Origin: Promethearchaeia archaeon | GTDB taxonomy: Archaea > Asgardarchaeota > Lokiarchaeia > Sigyniarchaeales > SOKP01 | Assembly (NCBI GenBank): GCA_029856155.1 | Contig: JAHQWL010000075.1 | Coordinates: 1-64,000, forward strand | Direction: 5' to 3' | DNA: 64,000 bases | Shown here: piece after piece, positions 60,770 through 64,000 of the stretch | Position numbering within the stretch: position 1 is the first letter of the stretch | Layout: every line of letters begins with the position of its first letter | Translations under genes and position numbers: made by a program | Notes under the pieces: generated by a model | Seen by the model: only the letters and a program-made list of their open reading frames with translations | The model's database searches: none | What the model was told of the DNA's origin: nothing

Positions 60770-61210
60770 ATGGGAAAGCGCAAGAAGGTAGATATTAAAA
60801 AAAGAAGACATAAATTACTAAGAGAGAAGAAGAAAGAACTACAGAAAAAGAAAATTCAAACTGAAAAAAAACCATTAACAATTTTGGATCTCCGATTAGA
60901 AAAGGAAACAAAGTTATATTGGATTCGCGCACTTACTGGCGCGTTAAGTGCAATCATAGGAAGACTTCTATTTGGATTAATAGGATGGTTTATGCTTCTA
61001 TGGATGTTAATTTGGTGGTTTTTATTTCCTTTCGTAGTTAGTTTTATAATTTATAATTATGACTATGATAAAGAAGAGTGGAATTGGAAAAATATAATTC
61101 TTCCAGGCATAGGTATGTTTTTCTTCTTGTTTATGATTTTCGGTGTTCTTATTCATACAATACTTAATTTTATACCGGAATTTTCATCGGTCCTTGAGTT
61201 ATTTCTATAA
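60770..61210 (+). CDS. EMC6/Rab5-interacting-like 3-TM membrane protein
   Basis: Basic N-terminus, then LYWIRALTGALSAII...FGL.GW..., and a last TM GIGMFFFLFMIFGVLIHTI resembling the EMC6 topology. Confidence 0.55.
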   Translation: MGKRKKVDIKKRRHKLLREKKKELQKKKIQTEKKPLTILDLRLEKETKLYWIRALTGALSAIIGRLLFGLIGWFMLLWMLIWWFLFPFVVSFIIYNYDYDKEEWNWKNIILPGIGMFFFLFMIFGVLIHTILNFIPEFSSVLELFL

Positions 61211-61227
61211 GAATAAACCTTTCATCT

Positions 61228-61734
61228 TTATAATTGTATTCTTTGTATAATTTTTTTCTCTTTCTTTTCTTTTGATGTAAAAACAATTGCTTCTAAATTA
61301 TAAATACGTTCACAATAAACACACTGTATTTTCAAGGGTTTCTCGTCTAAAACTAGAAATTCAGTATCAATGGGTTCCTTTTCTGAATTTGAAATGCATG
61401 TCTCATTGACACATAATATTAATTTTTTAATAGTTTTTGGAAGTTCCACTTTTTTCTTTTCAATTACTTTATAATTTTCAATTAAAGAAATTGTAGCATT
61501 AGGAGATAGTATAGATATCTGTTGCATTTGTGTTTCATTTAAAAAAACATTCTCAATTTTTATTATATCTTTTGTTTGATATTTCTTTGATGAAACATTA
61601 ACTCCAATGGTCATTAAATTTCTAGATTCATCAATTCCAGTAAGATTGAGAATTGTCAAAGCATACCCCGCATCTATATGATCAATTACAGTACCTTTAG
61701 ATATTTTATCAATTTTTAATTTTTCTTCTAACAT
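61228..61734 (-). CDS. pyrI: Aspartate carbamoyltransferase regulatory chain
   Basis: GTVIDHI, KDIIKIE, PNATIS, CVNETCIS...CVYCER. Confidence 0.95.
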   Translation of the reverse strand: MLEEKLKIDKISKGTVIDHIDAGYALTILNLTGIDESRNLMTIGVNVSSKKYQTKDIIKIENVFLNETQMQQISILSPNATISLIENYKVIEKKKVELPKTIKKLILCVNETCISNSEKEPIDTEFLVLDEKPLKIQCVYCERIYNLEAIVFTSKEKKEKKIIQRIQL

Positions 61735-61799
61735 TTCCTTAAAAAAAAATTACCTTAATTGAAAAAATTTTTGATAATTGCAAAATAATATTTTTTACT

Positions 61800-62870
61800 T
61801 CATAATAATGGAATTGAAATAAAAAATAAAATGGCAGACAAAGAGAAATTATAAGATAAATTGTCATCAATCTCTAAATCTAAATAATCCAATAATCCAA
61901 TTATTAATGCACCCACTAAGGGAATTAAAAAAAACCCTAACAGGCTAAATCTATAAAAACTTCTTAGCAAATATAATAAAATCAATCCAGATATGAAGGC
62001 AATAATAATACCAGAAATTAATCCTTCATACGTTTTATTTGTTTTTCTAATTCTTCTGTGTCCTATAGTCCTACCAATTAAATTAGATGTTATATCTCCA
62101 AAAATAGACATTACCATTGAAGTACAAATAATTACGGGACCTTTTGGTTGAATTAATCCATAAATAATTATTATCGAAAAACATCCAATACTCATTGAAA
62201 TGTGAGGTCCTAACCTTAAATGTAATTCTTTTTCTCTTAATAATTGATTGACTGGCTTTAAAGGGTAGATATCAGGTGTTAATATTCTAACTATATCAGC
62301 AGTTAATAAACCTAATAAGGATATCCCAACTAAAAAAATTACCAAATTTTGAGTAAAAACCATTATATCCCCTCCAATATGAAATAATTCTGAAATGAAA
62401 TCTGGTATGTATTCTAAAATATATACAAAAAAATTTTGGATTAAAAATCCAAGTGTAAAATAAAAGAAAACAATTCCTAAAACCACTAAATGTGTTAATT
62501 TTCTATATATATCATACTTAAGAGGGAGTTCTGTAAATGATTGTGGTTCACTCTTATTCTCTCTATATTTAATATTTTTAACTCTATGTTTCTCTCGAGA
62601 AATGAAAAGATAGAAGAGAGGAAGGTAAAATCCAATAGAGCCGATTAGTAAAATATTAAATGGAAAAACTAAGAATTCTTTGTTGGAGAGGTTTAAAAAT
62701 TTTATCAGTATGAGATTAGCTGTAATTGACGTTATTAGAACTAACCCGTTTGATAAATTATTGATAAATGCCCCCTTTTCCTTATTTTTTCTTGCTAAAT
62801 ACGTAATATAAAAAATAATAAACCCATAACTATACAGAGTACTAACAATTATTATCGAAAAAATGTTCAA
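61800..62870 (-). CDS. CTP-dependent polyprenol/diacylglycerol kinase family (dolichol/phytol kinase-like)
   Basis: RKLTH, FGD...LIGRTIG, KTYEG, IDDNL; multi-TM. Confidence 0.82.
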   Translation of the reverse strand: MNIFSIIIVSTLYSYGFIIFYITYLARKNKEKGAFINNLSNGLVLITSITANLILIKFLNLSNKEFLVFPFNILLIGSIGFYLPLFYLFISREKHRVKNIKYRENKSEPQSFTELPLKYDIYRKLTHLVVLGIVFFYFTLGFLIQNFFVYILEYIPDFISELFHIGGDIMVFTQNLVIFLVGISLLGLLTADIVRILTPDIYPLKPVNQLLREKELHLRLGPHISMSIGCFSIIIIYGLIQPKGPVIICTSMVMSIFGDITSNLIGRTIGHRRIRKTNKTYEGLISGIIIAFISGLILLYLLRSFYRFSLLGFFLIPLVGALIIGLLDYLDLEIDDNLSYNFSLSAILFFISIPLL

Positions 62871-63090
62871 TAACGACCAAACTCATGAAAGTTTAATATT
62901 TAAAGGTTTTATTTTTTTTAATATTTTCTTGATGAAGAAGGAGTTAAAATATAAAAAAAAATAATTGACATTCGTTAATTAAAGGCAATTCTTCTGAAAT
63001 TAAAGTCTTTTGAAATGTTTGAATATTTAAAATCCTTTAATAAAGTTATAGAAAAAGATGATTAAAATACAATAAAAAGTATAAAGAAAG

Positions 63091-63495
63091 CTAGCGTCCT
63101 TCAAAAATTTTATAGAGATTTTTTGCCGCAATTCTCATTACTTTTACAGTCTTCATTAGTGTATCAATTATAGTTCCAGCACATACAATCACTAATCTTC
63201 CAGCATTAGTAATAACAATATAACCATTTTCTGCTCTTACTATTATCTCACTTAAATCTTCTTGGAATAAAGTTTGGATTGTTGATCTCCCCGTCATTAA
63301 CAATGCACTAGCGAGTCCGCAGAATTGGTCCCCATCAACATGATATTGTGGTAAAGCAGAGAAAGCTATTTGATATCCTTCAAAACTTACAAGTGCGATT
63401 GCTTCAATATCTGCATTGGAGGTTATAAATGTAATTTGAGGACTTATTTTTTCGATATCATCTTGATTGATTCCTAAATCAGACCCAAATTGAAT
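63091..63495 (-). CDS. Roadblock/LC7 protein (extended to a probable ATT start, 134 aa)
   Basis: The frame is open upstream of the ORF track: IQFGSDLG...DIEAIALVSFEGYQIAF...GLASALLMTG...LSEIIVRAENGYIVI. AAAGGTG lies just upstream and an in-frame TAA is at 63508-63510. Confidence 0.82.
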   Translation of the reverse strand: MQFGSDLGINQDDIEKISPQITFITSNADIEAIALVSFEGYQIAFSALPQYHVDGDQFCGLASALLMTGRSTIQTLFQEDLSEIIVRAENGYIVITNAGRLVIVCAGTIIDTLMKTVKVMRIAAKNLYKIFEGR

Positions 63496-64000
63496 AAGTC
63501 TACACCTTTAGTGCTTTTAGGTTTTATAATTATTATTATAAATATAATAATTTTTATCTTATTATATTTTTATTTTTAACATTTGAAGTTTATTTTAGGT
63601 TGAAATTAAAAAAATTAGATCAAAGATTTAATAATACATTCTAACTAGGATATTGATCCCTTCTATGATTATTCTTATAAATCACAATTTGTAAAAACTA
63701 AAAAAATATCAAATTTATCGATTTATCTAAATTATCTCAACCTACTATAATATTTTTATAGAAGTACTTTATTTACTATTCAAAAGTAAATTTTAATATT
63801 TTATAATCTTAAAAATATTTAACACAACCTTTGAGTTTTTTTAAGGGTTTGTGAATGAATTTTTTAGACTAAAAATTAATTGATTAATAATTACGAGATA
63901 TTAATAAAATCAGATTATGATAACCACACGCGAATCTATAAGTTATCAGTACTCATTGATTTTTGGATATTCGTCTCCAAATGATGTTGTTGTTGGAGAT

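Noticed and set aside
61228-61734. pyrI without an adjacent pyrB
   Set aside because: Separation of pyrB and pyrI is common in archaea and not remarkable.
63945-64000. Possible 3' end of a minus-strand CDS (…SPTTTSFGDEYPKINEY*)
   Set aside because: Too short at the window edge to support a call.

Overview
Very AT-rich archaeal chromosomal window. It is most consistent with an Asgard archaeon of the Lokiarchaeia type; this is inferred from the archaeal 16S rRNA 5' end, eS17/eL15, TFB, Cdc6, class I LysRS and the roadblock, small-GTPase, V4R and EMC6-like genes. Housekeeping content: 5' part of a 16S rRNA gene, three tRNAs (two with introns at non-canonical positions), uL3-uL4-uL23, eS17, eL15, ABCE1, RqcH, Rpp30/Pop5, Trm5, TgtA, AK6, PyrI, Cdc6 and two TFBs. 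Most notable observations: (1) two paralogous ~1,200-aa proteins of unknown function each have a divergently oriented, uncalled micro-ORF ending in G-[E/D]-G-G-G (MPSTGEGGG and a signal-peptide-like ...WKGDGGGP), a candidate peptide signalling or peptide maturation system; (2) a dispersed Tad/Flp-type pilus system with a bacterial-style Flp pilin, a leaderless pilin-like gene and a prepilin peptidase frameshifted in a T12 run; (3) a tandem-roadblock + DENN-like + MglA-family GTPase operon facing a second MglA paralogue; (4) a tRNA-Ile with an apparent 30-nt intron at the acceptor-stem/D-arm junction, flanked by mobile-type nuclease and Fic remnants; (5) several genes that seem to need ATA/ATT starts; (6) two adjacent enzyme homologues that have lost their metal ligands. 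All protein family calls come from motif recognition by eye; no database searches were run.
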